The notes under the pieces: model-generated
Databases searched by the model: none
The model's input: the letters and a program-made list of their open reading frames with translations, nothing else
What the model was told of the DNA's origin: nothing
Shown: positions 1 to 10,965 of the stretch, in pieces
How the letters are laid out: each line of letters begins with the position of its first letter
How positions within the stretch are numbered: position 1 is the stretch's first letter
Program-made: the position numbers and the translations under genes
NCBI GenBank assembly: GCA_964019425.1
Contig: OZ025780.1
Location: 1,798,001-1,862,000 of the forward strand
Length of the DNA: 64,000 nt
Source of the DNA: Flectonema sp. DT1601
Lineage: Eukaryota
Direction: 5' to 3'

Positions 1-2
1 CC

Positions 3-287
3 CGAGCAGCAACCTCACTAATCACATCGGAGTCTCTTCTTCAGGTCAGTCGAATGATTCAAAGCCAATCGTTACCATACTCAATTCCTTATAGACCTCA
101 ACCACCTCGAGTACTTTCTATTTCTAGTATCACTGACAACACAATAGATTCTGATAGCGTGTCGTGGTATCCTGTTTCTACTGTTGAAGCTTCTTGTTAT
201 CAAGTTCAGCTTCAGAAACCTCAACTTCATCGACTGATCACTTCTGAGTACACTTGGAAGAACTACTCTGAAATATTATCAAATTAA
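3..287 (+). CDS. 3' end of a gene entering from the left edge; C-terminus has a fibronectin type III-like segment
   Basis: The frame is open from base 3 through the 54..287 ORF to TAA. PQPPRVLSISSITDNT..SVSWYP....CYQVQ resembles the FN3 P-x-P...V-S-W...Y pattern. Confidence 0.45.
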   Translation, partial: RAATSLITSESLLQVSRMIQSQSLPYSIPYRPQPPRVLSISSITDNTIDSDSVSWYPVSTVEASCYQVQLQKPQLHRLITSEYTWKNYSEILSN

Positions 288-506
288 CTTCTTGTTGAGA
301 TCTCTTTTTTTAGTTTCGATGAGTTCATTGAAATGTAGGAATTCATATCAAATGTCTCGGCACGCTGTCTATTCGAAACATCTTTTCAACATTTACACTT
401 CACAGAAGATTTGATAATTTATTATAAAAAAAGTTTTATGTATATTTTCCAATCCGATAAATCTTTTTAATTTTTATTATTTTCTCTCGCAGGTGCTGAA
501 GTAGCA

Positions 507-1447
507 ATGGCGTCTGTTCCAGTGCCTTCGACTGGAGTCTGGAAGAGTTTGGGGCTTCCAGACATGTCAACAATGGCTTATGGACCTTCGATGCTAAAGG
601 GAAGGAGTGAACTTAGTAGGAGTGCTGCGTCAGGGAGGAAACCTGAATTCGCAACATTCCATGGAGGGATTGATAATTTAGAAAGTGCTGTAGTTAAAGA
701 TGATGATGATGATCGACCAGAACCTATTCAGATTCATCCTTCTTATGAATCAAGTAAACGACTTAGAGATGCCTGGCTGAGTGATGGTGGAATTGAGCTC
801 GCTCACAGAACAGCTCTTTCATCGAAAAGAGTTTTAACAGATTCCCCAACCAGTAGACCAACGGCACCGACATCGATGTCACCACGTCGTCACTTCTTAG
901 CAGATCTTGAAGACAGAAGACTGGGTTTGAAACACTCTGGTGGGTCTTCTTTAGCAAGATTGTTACCTGACGATGGCACTCATTCACCAAAACCACAAAG
1001 TCCATTGAGTAGACTTAGTTCAGGAAATCAACTTTCTGAAGTAATCGATTCGATTAGAAGAGTCGCATTCCACTTACGACAACTATTTGAGATGAGAGAC
1101 ACTGAATTAGATACCATTCCTGGCTTTAGTAAAGTTTTTATTTCTGATCCTACTTGGAGAGCATCTGTCGAGTCCATGAGGTCTCCACTCAAACAAGTCG
1201 CTTCATCAGTAGAAGCTGCAATCGATCCTTTGTATAAAGTTACTTCTTTAAATGATCGAAAACTACTTCGAGTTGATGACTCGTTGTTTGGGTTATCATT
1301 TCTTCTTCAAGCTGCTTCATGTCTACGTGACTGCGTTGCATCAGCTGCAAGTCTCAAATCGAATTTCTTTGAAGATAAAGATCTTGACATGTATGAAGCG
1401 AGTGTTTCATTTCATCACAAGGCACTTCTCTTTGCGATGACCAGGTG

Positions 1448-1526
<79 letters not shown>

Positions 1527-2460
1527 ATCAAATCGGGTAAGTTAGATTAGTTATAAAACAAAACAAAAAAACAGCATTCGAGATATTGCAACAACTGAGT
1601 TACAGAATGAACAACTTCGGAATTCACGATCAGCTTCTACCGCGAACAGACATCTAGAACTGGAAGTCCAAGACAGAAGAGAGTTAGCAGCAGCAATCCT
1701 TAAAGAGTTGGTACCTTGTCCTGGTTCTCGTCGGTTTTGGATATCACACATTGGACCTACTGCTCTGGAAGTTGACAGTTTGCAGTTTGAGAAATACCTT
1801 CATGCTTATGTTTGTGATTTACTACCAGGACAGGTTAATCAAATAGTAAAAGGAATCATGGAAACACTCTCTAAGGATAGAAAGGTTTCACTTTGTGACT
1901 TTGGATGTTTGTTTGGTGATGTTCCTATTTCTGATGCTCTCGATACGTTAGCAAATACCGGGACTGCTAATATTACATATCATCTTCTAATGACTCCTGC
2001 TGCTCCTTGGAACCCTCCAACTGCCAGGAAGAAGAGAATTCCTTCACCGTTACGATCAGAAATATTATTACCAGAAGAAGTTCTCGATGTGGTTCGTCCT
2101 AAACTAAAAGATGTTTGTCTCAATTGTGTTAATTATCAAACAAGAATTGCTGAACTCGACGCTGAACTTGAAGTTCATAAAAGAAATCCCTCAGTGGGAG
2201 AGTCTCTCCCTCTTTCTCCTCAAAGTGCGATTGATTCTACTCCGCTGTTCGTATCACACTCGTCTCCCCCTCGTTCTGCACTTAAAAAACAAAGCCAACC
2301 TTCACACTCTGTTAGTTTAGTACAATTAATGTCTCAGAACAACAACAACAACAACAACAACAACAATCCCACTCAAGGATACAATGATAGCATTTCTACT
2401 CCAGCTCGTGGTGCAGGAAGTAGTTCTTTTCAAGAATGGTTGAGAGATAATGTAAGTTAA
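507..2460 (+). CDS. Hypothetical protein, two exons: join(507..1444,1575..2460)
   Basis: Removing the GTGTG...AAACAG intron at 1445..1574 joins ORF 507..1550 to the frame of ORF 1708..2460 (..AMTS-IRDIATTELQNEQ..) and removes the spurious poly-Val. Upstream acceptor tttctctcgcAG at 492. Confidence 0.8.
1445..1574 (+). other. Spliceosomal intron (130 nt) containing a (GTT)n microsatellite
   Basis: 5' GTGTG, 3' ataaaacaaaacaaaaaaacAG; removal restores the reading frame. Confidence 0.8.
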
Positions 2461-2692
2461 CATCTGCCAGTCAGGTTAGCAGATTTCTGTATTACAAAAA
2501 TTAGATTTTGAAAATGACCTCAGATTACTTTATTGTATTGTATTAATACTCCGTGGGATAGTTGTGTAGTTGTATTTTATTTTATTTATTATTTACAGGC
2601 AGCAGTGACCAATACTTTGAAGTCCTTACTTTCTTAACGACTGTAGTAACATAACTCATATTAACTTGCTCAGCTTATCTTCAATAATTAAA

Positions 2693-4249
2693 ATGGCTCA
2701 AGTTAAAGTAAACTCCAGCAACGTTCAGTACTCAGAAGATGAAATCATTAGTAACTTTAAATACGACAAAACTAACGTAAAGGTAAATGGTGAGGATGTT
2801 GTTGTCACTCCGGCATCTACTGAATTTCAGTTTAAGACTGACGCTAAAGTTCCAAAGGTAGGAATGATGCTTGTCGGGTTGGGAGGAAACAACGGAACAA
2901 CTGTTGCTGCTGGTCTGATTGCCAACAAAGAAGGAATCTCTTGGAGAACAAGAAAAGGAGTTCAGGAACCAAACTACTTTGGATCAATTACCCAATCTTC
3001 AACTATGAGAATGGGATTCACAGCAGACAATGAAGAAGTAACTGTTGCTCTTAACAGAATGGTACCAATGGTTCACCCGAATGATATGGTTCTCGGAGGG
3101 TGGGACATCTCTTCTATGAACCTCGCTGACGCCATGGAGCGTTCTGGAGTATTGGAATACGATCTTCAAAGACAACTTGTTCCTTACTTAAAAGATATTA
3201 AACCACTTCCATCTATCTACTATCAAGACTTCATTGCGGCTAATCAAAGTGATCGCGCTGATAATATTCTTCCTGGAAGTAAACAAGACCACTTAGAGAA
3301 GATCAGAAAGGACATCAGGGATTTCAAGAAAGACAACGCTCTTGACAAAGTCGTCGTGTTGTGGACTGCAACAACAGAGAGATTCGCTCGTATCGAAGAA
3401 GGTGTGAATGACACTGCTGATGCTCTTCTCGCATCTATTAAGAGAGGAGATGAAGAAATCTCACCTTCAACCGTATTCGCTACTGCTTGCATCTTAGAAG
3501 GAACATCTTATATTAATGGTTCACCACAAAATACTTTCGTTCCGGGAGTAGTTGAATTAGCTGAGAAGGAAGGAGTCTTTATTAGTGGTGATGACTTCAA
3601 GTCTGGACAAACTAAATTAAAGTCCGCCCTTGTTGAGTACCTTGTTGGTGCTGGTATCAAACCTGAGTGTATCGCTTCATACAATCACTTGGGTAATAAT
3701 GATGGAAGAAACCTTTCTTCACCAGCTCAGTTCCGTTCAAAGGAAATCACAAAAAGTAATGTCGTCGATGATATGGTTGCTTCAAACAGTATCTTATACG
3801 GACCACAAGAACACCCAGATCACTGTATTGTTATTAAATACATGCCATACGTTGGTGACTCAAAGAGAGCTATGGATGAATACACTTCATCAATCTTTAT
3901 GGGAGGGTCCAACACTTTAGTAATTCACAACACTTGTGAAGATTCTTTATTAGCTGCTCCACTTATTATGGATCTCGTTATCATCTGTGAGCTCATGGAG
4001 AGAGTTCAGTACAAGGTTGTTAAATGTGATACTCAAGAACCTGACAAGGAATTCCAAAAAATGCATCACGTCTGTACTATGTTGTCATACCTTACTAAAG
4101 CACCTATTGTACCTGAAGGTACTCCACTTGTCAACGCTTTGTTTCGTCAGAAGTCTTGTGTTGAGAACTTCCTTAGAGCTCTTGTTGGACTTCCTCCAGA
4201 GAATAACATGCTCCTGGAGTACAAGACTCAGGGATGTGATCTGAAGTAG
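2693..4249 (+). CDS. INO1: Myo-inositol-1-phosphate synthase (eukaryotic type)
   Basis: Hallmark motifs [59 protein letters not shown] and [12 protein letters not shown]. First ATG at 2693, after the acceptor tttatttacAG at 2598. Confidence 0.97.
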   Translation: MAQVKVNSSNVQYSEDEIISNFKYDKTNVKVNGEDVVVTPASTEFQFKTDAKVPKVGMMLVGLGGNNGTTVAAGLIANKEGISWRTRKGVQEPNYFGSITQSSTMRMGFTADNEEVTVALNRMVPMVHPNDMVLGGWDISSMNLADAMERSGVLEYDLQRQLVPYLKDIKPLPSIYYQDFIAANQSDRADNILPGSKQDHLEKIRKDIRDFKKDNALDKVVVLWTATTERFARIEEGVNDTADALLASIKRGDEEISPSTVFATACILEGTSYINGSPQNTFVPGVVELAEKEGVFISGDDFKSGQTKLKSALVEYLVGAGIKPECIASYNHLGNNDGRNLSSPAQFRSKEITKSNVVDDMVASNSILYGPQEHPDHCIVIKYMPYVGDSKRAMDEYTSSIFMGGSNTLVIHNTCEDSLLAAPLIMDLVIICELMERVQYKVVKCDTQEPDKEFQKMHHVCTMLSYLTKAPIVPEGTPLVNALFRQKSCVENFLRALVGLPPENNMLLEYKTQGCDLK

Positions 4250-5659
4250 GAACACGGAACTACAGAAAAGCAAATCACAAGTGTCTGAACAGGACAATAT
4301 TAGTAAGTGTTTTTTTTGGAGAAGAGAGAGAAGAAAAAAAAAAAAAAAGAAAATGCATTCAGAGAAAAAAAAATGAGAAATAGCATAGTCACAAAAAAAA
4401 AAAAAAAAGAAAATATCTTTTAGTCATCAATAGAAGAAACGAACTGAACGAAATTGTGGTAAGCAAGAGCTTCCTTTTTAATTTATTTTGATCCCTTTTC
4501 CCCCTTTTTTTTTTCCCCCATGATACTACTGAATAAAGTTTACAGGCTTCGAAGCTGCAATTACACGCACCCTGCGTGAAATTCTTTGGAGATAAACTGC
4601 AGACATAACCTTACATTACAGGACTAGTGAGGGCAGAGGGTCCATGTTGAAGGTCGTAGCCTAAGATCTATTTAAGAGATTCTTTTCGAAGAATAAAAAC
4701 AATCTTAATTGAGTGGATGTTAAAAAAAGACAAGGAAATGCGATTCAAGTGCTGGCCTGTTTTCTTTTTTCTTCCACCAAAAAAAAAAAAAAAAAAGAAT
4801 TGTTGAACTCTCTCGTGGTTTTAACCAGATAGCTGCATTCTCAGCTAACGAGAATATTATTATGGTTGCGTGCCCCTTCTTTTTTTCTTCTTTTTTTTCT
4901 ACTGGTGAATAGTGTGTGAATCCTCCTCGTTGTTCGGATCAGCTGTTTTTTTTTGTTTTTTAATTTTTATAAATATTTATATACATATCGGCAACACTGC
5001 TTTGACAGCCAGAAACCGAATTTCGATGAGAGCGAAGTAGCCTGAACCTCCGTCGGCTACTATTTCTAAATTATATTTCAGTTAACATACTCACATCGGC
5101 CGATGGGTTGGTGAAATCAACATTTCCCCTTCGATTTCGATGAGTCATCTGAAAATGTAAAAAAATAATTATAAATTTGTCTTTCATCACTTCGGCAACA
5201 TTAGTTGTCACGAGACAGTTTTATCTCGTCTTTTGACTTTCTTTTGTTTGCCGATTATTTTTCCCCCATTTTTCTTATTTTGATTTGATTCGTTTCTTTC
5301 CCAGTTCCCACATTTTGGATTCTTTGGATTTGTTGCGTCGAAGAATCACTATCAATGCTTCTCAGTAATAGATCATAAAAAAAAAAAAAAAAGACCCAAA
5401 AAAAAAAAAAAATCTTTCTTTCACTATCCTCCCTTACTTCCTCTTCTTTGCTTACCACTCCCATGCCCTTTTCGGCAACATTTTTCTGTTCCATTCTTAT
5501 TGTCGCAGGTGGTGATTTTGTTAATTTAATTATTTCTTTAGTTTCAGTGTCCAAGAGAGAGTTGACTGATGTTATGATGTAACCTCCTCCATCATCTCAA
5601 GTACGTATGTCACATTATTACTTTACTTTACAATCATACTTAGGTATCAAAAAGTGAAT

Positions 5660-5989
5660 ATGTCGACTCCTCAACTTAACCTCTTAGTAGTGTATTGTAG
5701 CAATCTCATAACATCACTTGAGTACTACGAGTCACTTGGATTACAATTCGTAAAAGAGAAACATGGAAAGGGTCCAGTTCACTGGTCTACACAAATCGGG
5801 GAATGTATATTCGAACTGTATCCCAACAACCACGAAGCCAAACCTCGTCCAATGAGATTCGGACTCTCGCTAAATGAAAAAGATCTTCGCGTTGACTTGA
5901 CTGCAAACGATCCTGAAAAACCATTAATCGTACGCGATCCGGATGGGAATTACATTCACATCTCTGTAACTACATCGCAATCAGACTAA
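5660..5989 (+). CDS. Glyoxalase/bleomycin-resistance (VOC) family protein, bacterial-like
   Basis: LNLLVVYCSNL..SLEYYESLGLQFVKEKHGKGPVHW...IFELYP and the C-terminal VRDPDGNYIHI match the VOC fold pattern. Confidence 0.85.
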   Translation: MSTPQLNLLVVYCSNLITSLEYYESLGLQFVKEKHGKGPVHWSTQIGECIFELYPNNHEAKPRPMRFGLSLNEKDLRVDLTANDPEKPLIVRDPDGNYIHISVTTSQSD

Positions 5990-6391
5990 ACTATTACAAT
6001 AGAACTATTGAAAGGTGGTAAACCTTGTTGTCGTTCTAACCTTCTCTCATCAATTTACCTTCTGTTCCGTTTCATGCTGTCGATCGTTTCTAAAAATATA
6101 TTATACTCCGATGTCAGCTGAGCTGTCTTTTTGTTGGGAAGGGTTGAAAAGTTTTGCTTCTTATTAGCCTGTCGCGTTTATATTACTGCTGACTAATTCT
6201 GTGAGAGGTGGCACTGCACGGGGGATGTATTTTTCTGCATCCGATCTGTTTATTGTTTTTAAAAAATTCATCTTTACTAACCTTTTGTATTCAGCCTTTT
6301 TTCGAGGTTCACTGGTAGTTCTCGTTGTATTGTGGGATAAGATAAGGAAGTTGTTCTTTCTTTTCAGCTTTTTCTCAAACAAATCAAAACC

Positions 6392-6973
6392 ATGGGCGGA
6401 TCAAACAAGTCGAAGAAGAGCAGAAGTGGAATCCCACCAGGTGATGATGTAGTCTTTATTGGAGGTATTCCAAGAGGCGCAACTCAGGGAGATTTGAGAG
6501 ATGTGTTAAAGCAGTTGGTTGGTAAGGTGAAGGTTAGATTCGTGATTGATCACGCCACGCGTCACCACAAAGGATTTGGTTTCGCAAGATTGGGAAGTAA
6601 AGAGGCCGCATTGAAGTTGTTGGAATTGACTAAGAATGGATTACACTTTGGAGGTAAGTTACTCAACTTGGGATTGTCAACTGAAGGAGAGTCAACAAGT
6701 GTTGACGACTCCTCAAATGAATACACTTCTGAGGATGAGTTACCAGAACTCGAAGATGATGTTTTCATTGAGTCAACTCCTCAGATGATCTCACAACCAA
6801 TTCAGCAGGTTGCTATTCAACAAGTCCAACCTGTTCAGCAATTGGTTATTGTACAGCCTCCACAACCACAACAGTACTACGTCATCCAACAGCCTTCATT
6901 TACCAACATGCAATACGGATTCCAGCAGACTCGTCCAATTCAGTACCTTGCCCCAGTTCAGGTGTTTCAGTAG
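6392..6973 (+). CDS. RRM-domain RNA-binding protein with acidic and Gln/Pro-rich C-terminus
   Basis: RNP2 VFIGGI and RNP1 KGFGFARL; followed by a non-coding stretch of about 2.5 kb. Confidence 0.88.
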   Translation: MGGSNKSKKSRSGIPPGDDVVFIGGIPRGATQGDLRDVLKQLVGKVKVRFVIDHATRHHKGFGFARLGSKEAALKLLELTKNGLHFGGKLLNLGLSTEGESTSVDDSSNEYTSEDELPELEDDVFIESTPQMISQPIQQVAIQQVQPVQQLVIVQPPQPQQYYVIQQPSFTNMQYGFQQTRPIQYLAPVQVFQ

Positions 6974-7682
6974 AACCCTATATCATATCATATAGAGGAC
7001 GGAGGATGAAGTCTTGACAAAGTATTCTGTGCATTAGCTAACTGTTAGAAAAAAAAAAAATAAAAAAATAAACCCCACATTTTTTTTTATTTTTTTTATA
7101 TTTTATTTTTTTTTGTTTTTCGAAAGAAAGCAGGAAAAGGTTCATTACAAACACGCCATTGATAGCTTTTGAGGGAAGAAGAAAAAACAAATACGGTCGG
7201 CAAATGTCACGTGTCTTCATGAAATGGAGTCTGATCTTGTCGGTCAGTGTTCGCTAGTTCTATAACTTCCCTTACTGAGGGCGGCAGGCAGCACAGTTCT
7301 CGTAACCCGCCTATGCGCTTTCTTCTGTGTTTCGCAGATTACTTTTTCGCGCTTAGGAAAGAACGCTCTGTTAATGATTACATTACTCTACAGGTCTTTG
7401 AGGCCTAGACACATCCGTATTTCATTTTTTCTTGTTTTGCTTTTTTTGTCAAGACCCGTATTCAGCCAGCCTTGTGGATGGTTGCTGAGGGTCGATTAAG
7501 AAATGGCTGAGATACTCGACATCAGTCTTGTCGTTCAATACCTAAAAGAAATGCTACTCTCAGGGAGTGTTGGTTCTGAAAAGTGCTTACTAGTCAACTA
7601 GTCAAATTTTTTTTTCCCGTTCTTTTTTTTTTTTTTTTTTTTTTTTTCCAGTCTTTTTTTGCTTCTTCTCGAGAGCACTCGG

Positions 7683-7719
<37 letters not shown>

Positions 7720-8484
7720 AAAAGAACGGGAACACATTTATTCAGAAGTTATCCAGCACTGATTTCCTTAGTGTAGCAGTTCACTACGGTTGTTTCATGC
7801 TATTCTGTGTTATTTTAATATTTTTAATATATTCGTACTTGTTGTTAGTGAGAATGCTTGCTTTCAACCTTGTTTTTTTTTCTTTCTTCTTTATTACCGC
7901 TCATTTTATAAAGTCAGTTCGTCGTGCTTATATAATATTGTGTAAGAAACAAATCTATAAAAAATACAAAAAAAAAAAAAAAAAAAAAAAACATTTCCAA
8001 TATACAAAAAGACCATGTTCTTATTTTCCTTTTTTATTTTTCTTAACGAACCCAGAAGAATAGAAAGTGATCTTCCTCTCAATGCTTTTTCTTTATCTGG
8101 TTTCTCCCTTCCTTCTCCTCAGTATATCTTTTTATTTGTTTGGCGCTGCTATACGAAATTGTTCGTTCTGCATGTGCTGCAAAGGAATTTAAGATCAGGC
8201 ATCGACAACGGTGTTACTGCTTCCCTCTTCCGGAATTGGGAAAAGTTTCTTCCAGGTTCGCATTGTTGAAAGCGTTTGACATTGTTGTCCCTCGGGAGCG
8301 ATTTACTTATTATTCCTTGGGAATGAAAAACTTGATTCATGTTCCTTTACTCTTTTTTTTTTTTCTTTTTTCCCTTGGTTATTCTAGCTAGATATTTCAT
8401 ATTTCGGTAAATATCTCGCTGCTGCTGATTATTTTATTTTTTCAACACCTCCACCAACCCACCCGTTCTTATTCATCTTGTTTG

Positions 8485-8517
<33 letters not shown>

Positions 8518-9570
8518 ATTTCTTTTCATTAAAGTAAAGCGGTAACCCCTCCTGTTGGCATCGTTCCTCTCGGCTTCAAGTGGTCCACAGTGGCTTTTTT
8601 TTTAAAGACCCTCTTGTATTGAAGGATTGAACGCGAAAGTAACAAGGCTTAAGGGGTTTACTGCTATTGCTTGTATTTATGCTTCACAGGGTTTTGTTAG
8701 ACTACGTTGTGCTTAGAAAAATGTTTCCTGGCGACGATCAAAGGCAATCGCAGCAAGCAAGCTGATGTATATACCCTGAAAGTATTAATGACATTCATTA
8801 TGATGAAGCTGTGGCTTATATCAATCGCTTTTTTTTTCTGAATCATCATTTTTTTTTTTTTTTTTTTTTTTCCACAAATCCTTTTTGCGAACTTGAACCT
8901 GCCAAAGTTAAAGGATTATATCTTGTATTTTCCATTGATGCGAGGTACGGGTCACAGTTTCTTGCATTCTAAAATGAATTTTTTTTTTTTTTCAACAAGT
9001 TTCTTCACCTATTACTTCCTCCTTTTTTTTTTCTAAAATTCTATTTTTGATTTTAAAGAGGTTGTCATTTGTGCGTTCAAAAGAAATGGAAAAAAAAAAA
9101 AAAAAAAAAAAAAGTACTCCAAAAGGATGAAAAAATTTTGTGGAAAATATAAAAAAAAAAAAAAAATAGAATTCCCAATCGTGTGGCTGTGCAATGGCGC
9201 AGCAAATATATATTTTCTACCAGAAACTGAGATGGTGAACAGTAAAACTATCCCTCCCCTGATAACAAGGCATGCATAGAATAACTTTAGCAAGAAAAAA
9301 CGAACAGAAAGCATAACGAAACAGAATTGAACAGGAAAAAGAAAATAAATTTCCGAGGCTTTTGCGCACCGAGAAGGGAGTCGGATTGCGATCTTTTGAT
9401 TTTGACAACTACAAATTATTCCATGATTGGAGTTGTTGTTCCAAAACAAGAAGTCTTCTTAAAAAACAGAAACATTCTCTCTCGAAATTTCAATTGTGTT
9501 GCTGCCGTGTAGTTAATGAACTTTATCTTCTTTTTCAGATTCATCTCGTTGTCCCCACCCCTTTATAAAA

Positions 9571-9903
9571 ATGGTGCAGAGACTGTCACACAAGAGACAC
9601 AACAAGTTCAACACTAAGTCGAACAAGTTCGTCATCAAGCACATCCCGGGAGGAAAGCTTCACATCCAGCACAAGAAGAAGAAGGTTTCTGGACCAAGAA
9701 CCCCAAGATATTTGGGACACCAGAGAGTTGCTGGTGTTAAGGCTCTCAGAAGCGTTGACGCCGCCGCCGCGCCAAAGAGACGTAAGACCGTCAACAGAGC
9801 TTACGGTGGAGTTTTGACTGGAGGACAGGTAAGAGAGAGAATTGTCCGTGCCTTCCTTATCGAGGAGCAGAAGATTGTTAAGAAGGTTCTCAGAAAGCAC
9901 TAG
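9571..9903 (+). CDS. RPL34: 60S ribosomal protein L34 (eL34), copy 1
   Basis: MVQRL...FNTKSNK...PGGKL...KTVNRAYGGVL....VRERIVRAFLIEEQKIVKKVL. Confidence 0.96.
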   Translation: MVQRLSHKRHNKFNTKSNKFVIKHIPGGKLHIQHKKKKVSGPRTPRYLGHQRVAGVKALRSVDAAAAPKRRKTVNRAYGGVLTGGQVRERIVRAFLIEEQKIVKKVLRKH

Positions 9904-10306
9904 ACGTCTCGCTTGGTAGTCAACCCTCCAGTTACTACGCAATCATTCTGTAATTAATCATCAAGAAAATAATAAAAAAAAAAAGGAAAAAAGTACTTCA
10001 AAAAAAAAAACTTTAAAAAAAAAAAATCGAATAATCCGAATATCAGTTGTACGATGATTACGTTCAGTTGGTCAACTTCTGTGAGCTACTCGTAGCAGCT
10101 TTGAAGTGTATTGACGACTTTACTCTGATGGGGTGTTATTGTTTTATTTACTACTCATCTTTCTAGAAAAGTATTTTTTTATGTCTTCGATTAATTATTT
10201 ACGAGTGCAAATATCAGATCAGTCAAGTGGGGTGTTATTAGATTGCCGAACACTTGAAGAATTAATTTACCATTTCTAGTCCTCCTTACCCGCCACTCTA
10301 TAAAAA

Positions 10307-10639
10307 ATGGTGCAGAGATTGTCACACAAGAGACACAACAAGTTCAACACTAAGTCGAACAAGTTCGTCATCAAGCACATCCCGGGAGGAAAGCTTCACA
10401 TCCAGCACAAGAAGAAGAAGGTTTCTGGACCAAGAACCCCAAGATATTTGGGACACCAGAGAGTTGCTGGTGTTAAGGCTCTCAGAAGCGTTGACGCCGC
10501 CGCCGCACCAAAGAGACGTAAGACCGTCAACAGAGCTTACGGTGGAGTTTTGACCGGAGGACAGGTAAGAGAGAGAATTGTCCGTGCCTTCCTTATCGAG
10601 GAGCAGAAGATCGTTAAGAAGGTTCTCAGAAAGCACTAG
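10307..10639 (+). CDS. RPL34: 60S ribosomal protein L34 (eL34), copy 2
   Basis: Protein identical to copy 1; only synonymous nucleotide differences seen. Confidence 0.96.
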   Translation: MVQRLSHKRHNKFNTKSNKFVIKHIPGGKLHIQHKKKKVSGPRTPRYLGHQRVAGVKALRSVDAAAAPKRRKTVNRAYGGVLTGGQVRERIVRAFLIEEQKIVKKVLRKH

Positions 10640-10965
10640 ACGAGTACTATACCGCAGCACGCATGCACTTAGACAAGATCAATACCAGTTGTAATCAGGT
10701 TGCCGACGGCAGATGCATAAGTACTTGTGAAAAAAAAAGTGATTAAAAAAAAAAAAAGGCGGGGAGTAAAAAAAAAAAAAAAAGCAGCATTGGCTCAGCT
10801 AATGATGAAGTGAGAAACAACAATAATAAACCATTGGTAACCATCCACATCTTACAGGTACTTTTTAAATATGGAAACCCGAGTTAGAAGAATGGATTGA
10901 AAAGTTAACTTACGGATAATTCATAATTGTTATTTCATATTTATCAGAACCTCCGAGTGAATAAC

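Noticed and set aside
1445..1550. Poly-Val C-terminus of ORF 507..1550
   Set aside because: It is a (GTT)n tract inside an intron.
2475..2545. Fragments resembling a spliced-leader exon end (TTTCTGTA, TACTTTATTG)
   Set aside because: Pieces are separated and not followed by a GTATG donor or Sm site.
5601..5643. Possible 5' UTR intron upstream of the glyoxalase gene (GTATG...cttAG)
   Set aside because: Very short, lacks the A-rich acceptor, and cannot be verified by frame restoration; the AG may simply be a trans-splice site.
10051..10128. Possible C/D snoRNA between the RPL34 copies
   Set aside because: Imperfect C box (ACGATGA), no terminal stem, and only an interrupted resemblance to the SSU 3' end complement.
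9586..10660. Minus-strand ORFs antisense to RPL34 and other genes
   Set aside because: Shadows of codon-biased + strand genes; no recognisable domains.
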